Made by a program: the position numbers and the translations under genes
The notes under the pieces: generated by a model
What the model was told of the DNA's origin: nothing
The model's database searches: none
Seen by the model: the letters and a program-made list of their open reading frames with translations, nothing else
Part shown: positions 11,660 to 26,451 of the stretch, in pieces
How the letters are laid out: the number at the start of each line of letters is the position of its first letter
How positions within the stretch are numbered: the first letter of the stretch is position 1
NCBI RefSeq assembly: GCF_964355755.1
Contig: NC_092674.1
Span: 10,974,001 to 11,038,000 of the forward strand
Reading direction: 5' to 3'
Length of the DNA stretch: 64,000 nt
DNA from: Antedon mediterranea
Lineage: Eukaryota > Animalia > Echinodermata

Positions 11660-13154
11660 CCAAGATTCCTTTATTGCGTGTGTCACCGTTCCCATCAGTT
11701 AATTCATATTGACTCAGATCTTTGAGGTATTCTGCCGTTTTTGCCGATATGTGCACCATTCCCTTCTTTCCAGCACCTTCCATCTGATTGGCTATTGACA
11801 CGGAATCAGACCACACGTCGAATTTAAAACGTTTCTTGCCAATGATGCCGCAAAGAACCATGCCTGTGTGGATTCCGACTCTCATGTCGACATCCTCATT
11901 ACGATCTTTACAGAATTCTTTAATCGCATCTATCATAGCTAGGCCCATCTCAACACAGCATTGTGCGTGATCATCGCGTCGTTCGGGGCAACCAGATACA
12001 CAGTAATAACAATCGCCAAGTGTGGCAATTTTTTCGCACCCATGCACTTCGCATAGTAGATCAAACCGTCCAAATAGATCATTTAACAAATCAACGAGAA
12101 CGTCAGCAGTTTTCTTCCCAGCCATCCTCGTAAAACCAACAATATCTGCAAACAGAATGCTCACCGGCTCCATCGTCATCATAAAGAACTCGCTAAACGC
12201 TGTTTGTTTTTTATTCGGAGTTCCAACCTTCATAATTTCACCTGCCAGATATTTCGGCATTACAGAATGAATCATTTTTTCTGTGTTTAGTTTCTCTACC
12301 TCGAACTCATGCCGCCTTTGTGTCGCTTGAGTAATTTTCCAGAATGTGCTATGGCTACGAACTTGTGTCATAAAGAAAATGTGGAAGCCGATCAAATGAA
12401 TACATAGGTGTAGAAAGATCTTGGTAAACAGTTCTTTTACAAATTGAGTCTGTGAGTAATCGCTACATTGGTAAGAGTAATAGAAGAAGACAAACTCGTA
12501 AACAAACGAAAAAACAAACGCAATTGGCGCGCACAAGTACAACGGCATGGGCAACACGGTGTACATCATCAGAATAATTTCTAAGCACATCGCGAACGTT
12601 GATATACTTCTTTTAATGAAGGCATAATCATTCATGTCGCAATACGAGTCTATTCCGATAAATGTAACAATAGTTAGAAGACATAACACCAGCGACATGA
12701 TGACAGAAGACAATTGAACACAAGATTTGTAATGTTCTGTAAGTGAATACAACCAAAATGCTATTGCTATGAAACAAACAACAACACCTATAGCAATCAT
12801 AACTTGCCAGTTACTAGGTTGCATTGCTGCTGTATAAACCACCCAACTAATAGTCATTAAAATCGTATAAAGTAGGGCATATCGGAAACGCTTTTTTAAC
12901 TCCGGAATCAACGACCGTTGATATTGGTCCTCAATTTCTTTAGAGTCAAAAGACGGATTTAGCCACCTTTGAGATGCCCGTTCAAATAGTCGGGGGCAGC
13001 GAAATATCGACGATGATCTTCCTTGAGATGACAAACCTTCACTAGTCGAGGCTTGTGATACTCTTTTCTTTTCTGAGATCACTTCAACATCGATCGCGTC
13101 GTCAGCAGTACCCTGCGATTGATACGAAACTTTCATATCCATCTCGGTAGCCAT
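11660..13154 (-). CDS. ADCY9: Adenylate cyclase type 9, large first coding exon (N-terminus, TM1 six-helix bundle, C1a catalytic domain); no further exons found in the window, so the rest presumably lies left of it
   Basis: PRLFERASQRWLNPSFDS, hydrophobic helices, VSILFADIVGFTRM, KIATLGDCYYCVSGCP (AC9-type), MRVGIHTG..CGIIGKKRFKFDVWS; GTAAG donor at 11659; upstream acceptor at 13305-13306 (exon starts ~13304). Confidence 0.9.
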
Positions 13155-16100
13155 GTTAATTTATCTCTGGTAAACCTTACTATACAACAGAAACTAGGAC
13201 CATAGCCCAAACTCAGTCCTGTAAAACACTAATTGACTAATCACAAAGCAGAACGTGACAGGTCGAATACTGATCATTCATTTTCTCAGTCCAAGTTTAA
13301 AGTTCTGAAAAAAACAAAAAATGATAAAAACATTAATTTGCATTAAATGCAGCGCCTACAGGTGACGACCAGGAGACGACTCCTACTCTTTTTTAATATA
13401 GTGTACATTAGTTTATGGGACAAGCTGTACAATGCAATGTAAACAACCATTTGTAAATTAATTCAAATAATTGATTCAATACTGTACACCATATTAATAT
13501 TCATAAAATTAAACCATTTGTTTTGGTAGTCGCTTTAAATCTACAGTAATAAGATGAAGATATTGAAAAGTCAAAGATTTACAGAATACCCAAGAACCAC
13601 ACCCTCAAATCAATGGGATTATCTCCACAAGCTAACATCATCAACATTCAAAAATTCAGTTGAGATAAATTTCTGTTTCTATTGCTAATGCTCCTGTAAT
13701 GTAATGTTTAAATTATATTATATATTATCATAACCCTGCATGGTCAGTATGTTACATTTTTTAAACCTAATCCTTTGAGACGTCTAAGCTGCCGAGAGAG
13801 TATCCCAATGTATATTCTCTGAAATTTACATTAACCTTTATTTTACGATTATTTTTAATTACAGTACAAATGGCATAATTAAGAGGTTTACTGTATAATA
13901 CTAATTACTTGCACTTGCGCTTCACCTTAAACCAAATGGAGGTCAAAGTGTCTTTTGAAAATCAATTGAAAATATTAGATCATAACAAATCAATTGTGTA
14001 CAATACATGATATCACAAAGCCAACTTTATCTAATTAAAAACTGCAGCATGCATAGTATACTTTAATTACCTACTAAAGTATTCAGATCAATATATAGAA
14101 CAGGGCAGGTCTATTTTTAGAACGAGACACGGAAGTATCTAATTAATTATATCTAATTTCAAAATAAAACGGTAATGAAGTAAAATTCCCTGTCACAAAT
14201 TTTTGGTAAGTTACCACTGATTTTAACTACTACCCTGGCCATTCTCGTCAGAATCATTGTGACTAGACAATATTGCATAGTGGAATAAATTAATATGAGT
14301 AGCCTACCAATAGTCAAATTTACTGTACTCCATATTGACTGAGCACTTTGTTTCAGATTAACAAAAATAGGATTTTCTTCCAATCTGTACATTAAAAATT
14401 GTAAACACTTTTTACAAATGGATTTGAAAAGATTTTTCAATTTAAAATTTTTTTTTTTTTTATTATTATTATCATCTATATTATACTGTAATAGCACTAC
14501 TGTAACATTTTCTCCTCCTAAACCGTAAGTTCAATACTACAGCTGTTCGGCACTTTCTAATTCCCCATTATCCTATATTACTGTAGCCTATGTTGGATGT
14601 TCCTAAAAATTGACAATGGAGACTTCTGATTTTACAATGCTGGCGCACTATACTGTTATTACACTAAATCGAATCTAAAAGTCATTCCATGCATTTTACA
14701 CGAGAGCATGGTGCAGAATGCTTGTTAGACTCACTACCTGTATAGTCTAGTACCAAATCATGTCGTAAGTCGCTTTAACTTTGTGATACACAAAACTGAT
14801 ATTGCTCTAATATTTCTTTGCAACGATGTTGTTAGAGAATACAGTATTTGCATTCTGCAAATTGTGTTTTTTTTTCCGTATTGAATATACAATTTAATTG
14901 AAAATAATCAATCATCTTTAATCTTTAAAAAAGCAGGATATTACAAAGTTAATGAAACTTTAAATGTACTATGATAATACTAAAGAAAAGGTTGAATAAA
15001 TTAACTTAGAAAATTAATGAATAAATGAATGGATGGATTATTATTATCATGTAAGATAAATACAGTAAGAATCTCTATTAAGGAGACGCGTCATTCAAGA
15101 CTCAATATAGTGTCTTAATTATAGGTGTCGCCTGAATAGGGGTTGGCTATGGTTTAAACACATTTTTTTCACAAGAAAGGTCTGTTTCTGCTGCATCCTC
15201 AAAATATGGTATAAAAATACGGTATAAAATACGGTATATTTTATACCATATCTTGAGTGGTCATGGTGAGTGGTCATCCTGCCTTTCGATCCCACAAAAT
15301 GGGGCAAGTTACAGTCTCTTTTTGTTTTTTTTATTGACTTGGTTCAACGACAAGTCCGCACCCCATACTCTCTTTAATATTTGCTTTGCTAAATTATCTT
15401 TCTACTGTACAGTAGTAAATCTGGCTGTCCTGTTTGTTCCCTTTTAATTTTCCCAAAATCTTTGTCTCCCCAACAGATTATTTGCAAATGTTGTGATGTT
15501 GTTTCTTACTTTCGTTGATAGATAGACTATCCATGTGTAAAAAGCTTACAGAAAATCAAAACATATACTGTAAATATAGTATTTTTTATTGGCAGCAGAA
15601 AAGGGTGCACAAGAAAATATGGTATAAATTTATAAATAACGTATTTTATCCACAAATTTTGTGGACAAAATATACCATTTTTGCTGCCAAATATATACTG
15701 TATATACTGTATACAATATTTATTTGGCAGCAGAAACAGACCCAAAGTGTCCCCTGAATGGGGGTTTCCCAAAGGAGTATGATAGTAGCAGCAATTAATC
15801 ACATTATTATACATTGTTGACTTAATGGATATACTGTAAAAACATCAAATTACCTTTGCTACAAAACACTACAGTATGCCATGTACAGCCAACACAAGAA
15901 CAGTAAGTAGCCAATAAGAAGCACAATATCGCTATCATTTAATGAAAAGCTCTTCTTAAATATATTTTAAGATCCGAAAACAAACTATCACCATGGAGCT
16001 ACAAAATTATAACTCCATGCTGTTACTATATTAGCTATTACATTCATGGTAAAGGAGTGATGATTTCTATGGTAACAATGTCCAGTATTAATCAAATAAT

Positions 16101-16217
16101 TCATTCAATTTCTATTAAGCTCATTGACCATAGGTAAATAATAACAGGCTTAAAGGAAATTGAGTAAAGAGGCTTAAGGACCAACCACTGCCAACATGTT
16201 GCAAAGAACGGAGAGGA

Positions 16218-16385
16218 GAGCAAACATAAGACTGGCCGTGCAAAGACTGACCGTGCATAGAGCAAACATAAGACTGGCCGTGCAAAGACTGACAGTGAAT
16301 AGAGCAAACATAAGACTGGCCGTGCAAAGACTGACCGTGCATAGAGCAAACATAAGACTGGCCGTGCAAAGACTGACAGTGAATA
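16218..16385. repeat. 42-bp minisatellite, ~4 copies
   Basis: AGAGCAAACATAAGACTGGCCGTGCAAAGACTGAC(C/A)GTG(C/A)AT tandem units, with two variants alternating. Confidence 0.92.
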
Positions 16386-19300
16386 ATAAATGCTCTACTA
16401 CTAATGCTCTAGTCATGCGATAAATAGCAAAGTACTTTTTAAAATCTTAACTATACAGTTACTAATTTAGTAGAAATATAAACTACTTTAAAGGCATTAA
16501 GACCTAAATAAAGGTTGGTTTGTCATCAAAAATTTGGGTGGAAACAAATATTTTTATGTACAAAAATATTTTATTTTAAAAACAGCACAGGTATCCATTT
16601 AGGTAGTAAACAGCACAGGTATCCATTTAGGTAGTATTAAGTTTGGAAAAACTGTTACTATATTACTATTATACAAGTAAGTCTAAATTTATTTTTCCAA
16701 ACTGAAAAATACAGCCCAACAGCATTATTGGTAATTATTTTAAACAAATTTTCTTTTAAACAAGAACTAATGTTAATATTATGGTGTGTTATTTCTTTTT
16801 TAACTGAATTTCCGTAGGATAGTAGTACTACAATTCTGTAGAGCAACATGACAGTGTTGACACACCTTTAGGTGAAAAGTTCAAATATAACAATACTACA
16901 GACTACAGTATGCAGTTAAAGTTGCCAATTGACATTTCAACAATAAACAAATAAAAATAGACAAAATTATTAATTTATTGTTATTTAAATAACTGTATTG
17001 TTGTTGCTCACTGGAAAATGTTATAATTCAATGCGATCTAGAAATAAAATGACACAAACCAAAAATGGTGTTGGTAGTCTACGAATGACTGCCGCTGGGA
17101 ACAATCCGCTACCGCACCATTTAGTGGGAATACGGCAACATTACATACCACCGTCATCAATTCCTGCGGAAAGGTAATATACTGTACGTATCCAGGTACT
17201 GTATAAAGCTAGCCACAATATTGTTTGCATTTAAACACAAAAATACACCAACATCTGATATTAAGGTAAAGGTACAGTATTTCTATTGCTATAGTCTGAT
17301 GTCACAATCTGAAACACATCAGAGTTAAAAATACATCACAAAATGTACACTGAAATTTATCAAAGTTATCGGATGTACAGTACAATACAAGTAATATTGT
17401 CTTGGAGATAACGACAAGAAGGTACTGTAACTAGTACAGGTATAAGCGAGTTAACTGAAATCACAAGATCACTTGTTGTAACTCAAATGATTTGGATCAG
17501 CTTTACTTTGTTCTATGCAGGCTTGAGCATGTTCAGATAATGCAAGTTACAGTACACAAACTAAAAATGTACACATTGCCCTATACATCACATCAACAAC
17601 ATACCTAATTTGTTGAATTTAATGTCATGAAAACGGTCGAAACTTACTAAATGCAGATTGGAAAGTTCAAATTTAAGTCATGGATCGAAAGGTTTCTGTA
17701 TAAATTAACACAATGAAAACTACATTTAAAACAATTTTTTTAACACATTACTGTACATAATTTTTTTTTTCAAAACAAATCAGTTTTGACATATAAAAAT
17801 TAATTTAGTAAATCGTGTCTAATCTAATGCGATTTATTTTACTATATTTAATACTCCTTCTAGACAAAAAAAGCCAACAGTATCATTGTAAATCAATAAC
17901 ACATAAATCAATTTGTGATATTTGCTAATAAAATGAATGTAGTGTATAAAAAAATGCTATTGTTGGCTTTTGCTTGAAAACGTTGTTTCACAATCACGTA
18001 TGATCAGATGAACGGTATTCACAAATTATCAAGTTTTACAGTATCATGAAGAAATAAGAAATAAGTCATAACTTATTTCTCCATGGTTATATCAAGTTTG
18101 GAATACATTGTAAATTATTTTAAAAAGGTTTGGTTGAAAAATGTGAGGAGAGGAAAGTGTAACTGTCATCAGTACAATATTAATTTTTCATCATCAATAA
18201 ACCATTTTCTTACAATCAATCCTGGAGGCTACGGACTGTATGCTTTCTAAAAACTTTTTTACCATAAGGAGATCAGAAAATTGTACTAAAAACTGAATAT
18301 TTATAAGGCCTAAAAATGTTGCCCAATCTTGACCGACTACAAAATTAACCATTTAACGCCGGCATTTAAACTGCAGTAATTATTGCCAGCATAAATTTTG
18401 GCTAATTTTGATGGCTGAATTTTTTTATTTTTCAGAATTTACAAAATTGTAATTTTATTTAACAATAATTACATGGTGTATTTATTTGAATAAACGCCCC
18501 GCTTTGTATAAACGCCTTCCTCCATAGAATAAAACATCCTTAAACCTTGAATAAATGCACATTTTTTCCTTGAACAAAAAACACTAGTAGGTTACCACCT
18601 GAGCCATTAATTTGAATAAATACCATAATTTACTGTACTGTACAGTATGTTGTTAAAAAAAGGAAACATACCGTAACTGTAATGATCAACTCTTTTTTTT
18701 TAGTTGAAGCCGTGCTTGGGCAAATAATACATGGTACAGGTACTGTATATTCACTTCAGGGTGTGGTTTGACGAAATTGGTATTTATTGAATGTTCTATT
18801 TCTTATCTTTGAGGAGAAGTTCTACAGTAACATTGGTTTATCCAGGAAACATATAGGCACGAAACAGTTTAAATTAATAGTTTAATTTAAAACAAAACAT
18901 TAGACTGAGAAATATTTAAGTGGCAACTGACGAAAGCATTGACGACAATGATGTTGATTCATTATGGTTACAATTACATTGAGCGAAATAGCGAAACTCT
19001 TCTACACTAATAACCATTACTAAAATCGTGACCTCCGGCTCATTGACCTGTGACCTTTAAAATGATTACTAAAGATATTATAAAATCATTCACTTTACTG
19101 TATAATAATCCAGTATCTATTCGTCTTCCACTGTACGTAGTGGAATATACATAAAATGATCATTTTTTTTCATTAAATTGACAATTAATGTAATGTATGT
19201 AGTATCCTTGGACTCATGATTAAATCAAATGTAAATTCCACAGTACAAATTAATAAAATAATAAAATCTGAGCAAATGAAACCAATTGTCGAGCAGTAAA

Positions 19301-20852
19301 ATATCTTATGAATTCTTTTGTTCGCAATATTTCTATATTTAATAAATTTACCAACAATAAATATTTCCCAGGGTCACAGTAATTTTTGTGGCCAGATTTT
19401 ATTTTGATTAAAGTGTAGTTTTATTTGTGGTATTTTATATTATATTTTTAAATCTACAGTATTGAATTTAAATCAATTATATAATTGTATTGTATTATTT
19501 TGTATTACTTGTTCTGTTCTGTAACTATAGTGTTAAGGTAATTGTAACCTTTCACTGAAAGGTTGAGTATAAAATAATTGCAATATTTAGTAAATTGTAT
19601 TATTAGTGATAATAAAAGCATTATGCAATGTTATACCCAAATGAGATCTGAATGTTGGCATAACACAGGATGTAGTAAACCTTTATTTTTGGTCCCTAAA
19701 ATATCATATCATATGCGAAATGTCCCATTGATAGGTGGTGGGGATGTTCCACTAAAAAAATATTTTCGTATTTGTCCTCAACTTTGCCAGTTAAGATCAA
19801 TTTACACCGACGATCGGTATTACAGTAAGTGGAAAAGCATGTAGTTGTCCCACTAGAATATTTATCCTGCAGCGTGACGTACAATCATGATTAAATATTA
19901 TTGATCAAGGTATATATTTAATAAACAACAAATAATCTCTTCTGATCTTTTTGTGGTAATGATCATCCCTTTTCAGACTACAAGGGATATTGGCAAATAA
20001 TGTCAAGGCCTCTACAGTGGACGTGTTATTGTCATTCTCGTACAATGACATTTAAAGTACATACACAATAACCTTGTTTTACAATACATTTTAAACCCCA
20101 ATTGATTTAATTTTTCTTTTTTACAGTTAGTACAGTATAGAAAACTAAACAAGAGATTTGTCAGACACAAGAACACAAAAGTAAATAAAGAGAAAAACAT
20201 TTTAAATTGGGTTTTTACCAGTTCAGTTTGTTTTTGGAGAATACCGATGATGTCTGTATCCTTGCTTGCAAATTTATGCATGCTCGCATATAATATCACT
20301 ATCATCAGTATTATTACTATCAAACTAGAACATAAAATACAAGCGGTAAGCGGTTAAGCCTAGACTAGGCTGTTTAAAGTATAACAAAAATAAAGATTAC
20401 ACGGTCAGGGAACATTTTCGCCAGTGTAGCGTAGCAAAAAGCTATACAAAACAACCTTATTGCTACACATTTTGAAAATTGTGTAGCAAAAAATACAATA
20501 CAAAACTATGTTTCTCGACTTAAAAATCAGTTTGATTAGCAATATTGCTAAACAAAATTTTTAAATGAAAATTTTCCCTGACGGTACTAGCTCAGCTGTA
20601 GTAGTAGGCTTGGCCTGAGCTACAGTAACCGAGCTAGGCCTAACAATAACACAAGGGCCAGGCCGAACCAGGCAGAGAAAAACATACAAATTGATTTGGA
20701 TTATAAAACACAAAATGATTCTTTGTAATACTGTCTCTTACACTAGGCACGTATGCATGCCACCTAGCCTAGGCTACACTTCCCCCAATCTGGTGAATCA
20801 AGTTTGCATTGCAAAATAACATACAATAACATAGTCTTACTTCTAAACTTAC

Positions 20853-21070
20853 CTATAGCTTATTAAGCTGAGCCTAGGTCTTCCCTGTAACGATCACTGC
20901 TGGAATGGGTTACAAACTGGTTTCAGAGGGCATGAAAACAGTACCATAAGTCCGTGTGTGTACCGTGTATCCAGTTGTATTTGAGCACCGGTGATAAGTA
21001 TATCGGCTTACTCAATGTCGAGCTGTTTATTTCGTTATCATGGTTTACTCCCTCTGCCGTGCGTTTATAA
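20853..21070 (-). promoter_or_regulatory. Candidate non-coding first exon / promoter region of ADCY9
   Basis: Strong donor AG|GTAAGT at 20853/20852 in a locally GC/CpG-richer island with CTAGGC-type motifs in the adjacent intron; the 5' boundary is a guess. Confidence 0.35.
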
Positions 21071-22813
21071 TCGTTGTAATATTTAGGCAATTTTGAAAAT
21101 CATAACTATATTTCAAATTGTTTGATCATTACTTTAACTTAGTTATTATCAATATTATTATAAAAACTTAATTCTATTTTATAATCAACTTTATTTGTAG
21201 ATAATCACATCAATGAATATTTCATACAGAGGGGCGAATTCATTAGTCTCAATTGCTGTTAGATTTAATAACTTGAGGGCTCTCTAAATTCTAAAAAATT
21301 AATATTAACAAGAAATATTTCTTACAAAAAACGCTGCTCGCTTATTGAAAAATATTTTTTATTTCAAATGTTTTTGAATGTGTCATTTTATTGTCACATA
21401 ATAGTTATTTTACCTGAAAAAATGTAATTTAAAGCAACAAATACTTAAATTGTCTGTCAGACAATGGTTTTTGTGTTTCTTTTCTCTTTTTATATGTGAA
21501 TAAATATTATTTTTTTGTTACAGAAGTGAATACTCAATATCTGTCACTTTAGTTAATTTTATTGCTAAGGTCAAGTCTGGGGTCACTTCATCACCCTAGA
21601 TATTTCAAGTGTGAAGTATCCTATTACAAACACAAACTTTAATGAACTGTTTCGATAATAATTCAATGAATCTGACAGTGAACCAGAAATCCTTTTGGAT
21701 TTGTAATTTTAGCATGACATGTCCTAATAGACTCTTTTCCCAGACGTTTTTTGGGTCTGATGTAGCAGCTGGAATCAATAAATTATAGTAGAGTTTCCAT
21801 TTTCGCAAAACTGTCGTCCTCTTTAGAACTATAACTGCTGCTGCTTTCTTTAGCTTCTGATTGAGTACGGTAGTCCTAAGGGGACGTAGCGGGCTAGAGC
21901 AGCAGCGTGAGAACAATAAATAAAATTTATATAATACGGTTATTGTGCATTCTACAATAATATACACTGCAGGAAATAAAAGATCACATACCAAAGTAGC
22001 CTAACTATGTTTGGTATACTTTATTTTGTTGTAAAATAAAAATTACACATTTACTAATATATGAAATGTGAGACGTTGTTGCACAAACTCGAATCGGTGT
22101 CTTGGATTCTTCGTATCCCGAAATGGTCCATTTGATATTCCACTTGATGCTCGTCCTAACAAAATATCACAGTTACAAAGATGCTAATTGTGACGTTTTA
22201 GCTACACGAGGGGGGAAATAATGAATTATTGAAATGATGTATTGCACGGCCGGAAAAAACTCACAAATTCATGATTGAATAAATTATGTGTAAATTTGCA
22301 CAATATTGATTATTTTACAATATAATAAAAAAATAAAATCATAGATGTGTGATGAGTATGTTGGTTACATTACATAGGACCTCATTTCATCACGTCGAAA
22401 AGTTATTCTTCTTCATCATAGAACATCGAAGTCGTCACAACCATTCAGTACAGCAGCTTTGTAACGGGCGACAAACATGTAATTTCACTCTTCCCTGATT
22501 AATATCAATCAAAATTATCAAAAGCAGTTCTTGGTACGGTATTTTAGCTGTCAAATGGTGAGCGCCTTGTTGATAATCCGTACTAAAATTTGTTGAAATA
22601 TTCACAGTAGGTTAGGCCTACATTAGTAAATCATCATTAATTTGTCTCCGATCCTCTTCACACCTGCCATGCACCATCGCATCAGATATATGTCACTTGC
22701 CCAAAATCTGAGTCAACTAACCGATTCAGTTTCTTGGACCGCACTGCATATTGTGTGCCACCGATTCAAAGGTGCATGGTCAACAAATAAATAAATAAAT
22801 AAATAAACAAGGA

Positions 22814-23128
22814 GAGTGAGTGAGAGGCCGAGCGGTTAAGACAGTGGAACCGTAATTACCTAGCCATAACAACGGCAGGGGTTCGAGGCTCACTCACTCC
22901 ATGGTTCTGGTGGTAGAACGAGTCTTCTCGGATAAGGACTATAAACCGTAGGTCCAGTGTACACATCTAGCTCGTGTGCACTTTAAAGAACCTAGTACAC
23001 CTTTCGAGACGAGTAGGGGGTTACCCCGGTGTATTAGTACATTACAGCCACTGATCACCAACTGGGCCCTCTGGGAGACCAGTCATTGACTGAAGAGGTT
23101 ACCCAGTATAAATATATATTTCAATAAT
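22814..23128 (+). mobile_element. tRNA-derived SINE with Deu/Nin-type central domain
   Basis: A box (GGCCGAGCGGTTAAG) and B box (GGTTCGAGGCT); central CGGATAAGGACTATAAACCGTAGGTCC...TTAAAGAACC...GAGTAGGGGGTTACCCCGGTGT resembles the DeuSINE/AmnSINE1 domain; possible TSD CAAGGA(G) at 22808 and 23129; follows an (AAAT)n tract. Confidence 0.8.
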
Positions 23129-23781
23129 CAAGGAGTGGATACAGGATATAACCTACTTTTTATATCAAATTCTAACTCCGTAAAATGATCGGAAATTGAC
23201 CAGATGTGCCCGTAAACAATTGGAACGATCTAAATTACTCAAAAAGTCACAACTTCCAGGGCAACCAGTGGATCCTTGCCGAAACCATTGTACCTCATTA
23301 TTACACGCGGGCTTTTATTCAATAAAATCATTCGTCATATAATGTTTGCAATTCGCACCAGAATGTGACATTATCTCAGTTTCCGATTTGATTCTCATCA
23401 CCATCAGTAGTTTTCAGTAGTCTACATTCGGAACATAGATCGTCCTCTTCCTTGGTCACCGTCCATTACGGTATAACTTGTACAAACCATCACTGACACA
23501 TCATTATCTCCACCAGTTGTCGGTGTCGTAGTAAACATTGAACATCTTCCTCACAACCGTAACCGCACTCATTGTAACTTTCTAATTGTATTTGATTGAT
23601 TAATTAATTACCCAATTTTTCTCACCATTAGTTAATTTCCATTCATCCTCTCACCACCAGTTTTCAGTCATCTTCAAGATCGAGTTGTAATCTTCTCAAC
23701 CATTTACATATTCCGTCATCATTTAATGGCCATCGATCGCCCTGCCTGATGTTCTCACCATTTTAGTTCACCTGGAGGTAA

Positions 23782-24405
23782 TGTAATATAATGTTGGGTT
23801 GTTGAGGTACTAATGAAGGACTCTGACTCGCTTGACTGTCGTAATACATATATTGTTTATTCAATAATATTTCAGTACAATATACAACTATAAGTATAGA
23901 TAAGGAACGCGGAGGATCAATGATGCTGTCGGTGAGGTGTGAAGTGTGTAGGTCTGCTGTGAGGTGTGTGCTCCGTGAGGTGGCTGTAAGGTGTGTGTTC
24001 CGTGGCGTGGTTGTAAGATGTGTCTGGGCCCTTCTGAAACTTGGGGGTATATTGGCTCAGTTCATTTGCATAATGTCATTACGTAATCTGTGAGGGTAAC
24101 GATTGGTCCTAAGTTGGTCCAGGGGTGTTTAAGTGGGAGTGATTGATCTTATCTGGGGAGGTTACAATGATGAATTGGCCCTGTCAAATCTCTGCTTAAA
24201 ACTGTCAGAATCTAATTGTTTTACGATGGGAACGGTCGCAAAATTAAGCTAAGTGTTTTCTTTAGGGATTCTATTATAAACTAAATGGTCATTAAAACAT
24301 CTGGACAAACTCTCCTTCGGACTTTCTGGGTCAAGTTTGTGAACCTATTTAAATTCCGATACAAAGGTCAATTTCTTAAATATAACAGTATATCATTATA
24401 TCACA
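23782..24405 (-). repeat. 3' LTR (624 bp)
   Basis: TGTAATATAATG...CATTATATCACA; no differences from 26470-27093 found by eye; minus strand carries ATGCAAAT, CCAAT and AATAAA motifs. Confidence 0.92.
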
Positions 24406-24430
24406 TCCCTCTGGTTCCCTTTTTTTTTTT
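24406..24430 (-). other. Putative polypurine tract
   Basis: Minus strand A11-GGGAACCAGAGGGA abutting the 3' LTR. Confidence 0.65.
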
Positions 24431-26451
24431 CTAATCTATTTAACATATAAAAATGGTTATAATAGTGGCATGCAAAATTAAAGTTATATAAAAGAAAAAA
24501 AACATTATTATACATATAAACAAAAATTGAGTTAGCCAAAACCATTGACTCTGAAGTGTAACCTTATCACTTTCACTCTCTCTCTTCTCTCTCTTAAAAA
24601 AATTAAAATCAAAATGAATTTGGTATAAAATTCGCGTAAATCAAACATAAATCAGTTAAAAATAAAATTACAAAACTTCAAAATAGTATGTTACATTGAA
24701 CATACATCAAATTCGTGCGACAACTCATCGCGTTCTAATGGTCTTCAAACATAAATCATCAAATTAAAACATAAAACTCAAGAAAATGTGGCTGATTAGC
24801 CTAAAATCAAATATCAAACTTAATCACTTAAAACTTTAAAAGAAACAAATGTGTGTGTCCCGTTGACACAAACTTATCCACAATATATCATTATCGTCAC
24901 AACTTTATCGATTTAAGCATTTATATTTACAGGTAATTACGATTTCAATCAATCGACAAATTCGACTTTTGTACTCAATGTCAACAAAATTACAATTAAA
25001 AGTACTAAGAAAATCTCCTGTTCTTGTATATCAATTAATTAATGCTTGAGATTAACGACTCAAGGTTAAACAAAATATTTGTTACAAAATGATTGTCGTT
25101 CTTTTTAATATCTCAATATATCGATCATTCAAAATCACATCATTACTAAACAAATCTCATCAAATACGTAGACTATGCTATCATTTAGCAAATGTCGTAA
25201 TTTAAAAATAATCTTGCAAAAAAAATTTAAATCAGTAATTTGTTGCATTATACAAACGTTTTATGAATCGTTTTGGCGATCCACTTATCGGTATCTGTTT
25301 ATCATTAATGATCTCTTTAATTAATTTATCTGTATCGTTATATCTGTCAATATTCCACCAAAATTTGCGATCATTAGATTCGTGTTTTGTTTTATCAGTG
25401 TTGCGTTTGACTGAAGTCGGTTTAGAATACGAAACTAAAACTTGGAAATGTCCTGCTTTAAATCTACCTCGGTTTAATGTCATATTTGAATCATTAGGTG
25501 CTGTCATAATTAGATTAGTTTGTTCCTTTATTTGCTCTTCTTTCATTTGGAATGGAGCTGCTAATCCCATGTTATTCTCTACACAGTCAATGTAAGGTTG
25601 CACATTAAGGGGTTCAAATTTAGTTGGATGTGTAAGGGTATCTGATTGCAATTGGGTTGGTGTCCTATCATGTTCGTTGACAAATTAAACATTGTTTTCG
25701 TTATTTACTACGTTAACGGTGTTCTGAATTTTCTCATTATTATCGGTGGGTTTATTCAACAATTATTTAACAATTTAAAAAACAATTTTAGTGTGTATAT
25801 ATGTAAACTCTCACTTTTTCAATCAAGGTTACAAATCAAAATTCAAAATGGTTTCGACTTACCCCAAATGCTTCGGATCCAATTAAAAATGAATTAAAGG
25901 AATGCAAAAGTGTTCAAAATTGTTTAAATGTTCAAACAACGAATTAAAGAAATGTTAAAGGTGCTCATCAATGTTCAAATTTTCAAACAACGAATTAAAG
26001 AAAATGCGAAAGGTGTTCATCAATGTTCAAAAATAAGTAAATGTTTAAAAAAAACGATAAAAAAAACGGCGTGAAGTTGAAAGTCTCTAAACGAAACAGT
26101 TCTTGTCCGCTTGCTTCTGTTTTGATTCTTCTTGGGTCTTCCTCGATTATCTTCTTTGTCTTTATCCAATGGTTATAATTTCATAAAATTTCTGCTTGTC
26201 TCGATTTCATTCAAATATAATTTCAGCTTGTCTTTTGTGTCTTCCTCGATTATCTTCTTGTCTTCATCCAATGGTAATAATTTGATAAAATTTCTGCTTG
26301 TCTCGATCTCATTCAAATATAATTTCAGCTTGTCTTTTGAGTCAAAGTAAATTTCTCTCCTTTCAAACAAATATGGTTATTTTTGTCTTTGTCTTCGTCT
26401 TCGTGTCTTGTTAAGTGTTTATTTCTTGTTTTCTCACTCCGTTCCTTATGA

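Noticed and set aside
16101-16423. Four overlapping 75-82 aa ORFs
   Set aside because: They are by-products of the 42-bp repeat, whose length is divisible by 3.
22814-22901. Functional tRNA gene
   Set aside because: Pol III boxes are present but the cloverleaf is irregular, and the sequence continues into a SINE core and tail.
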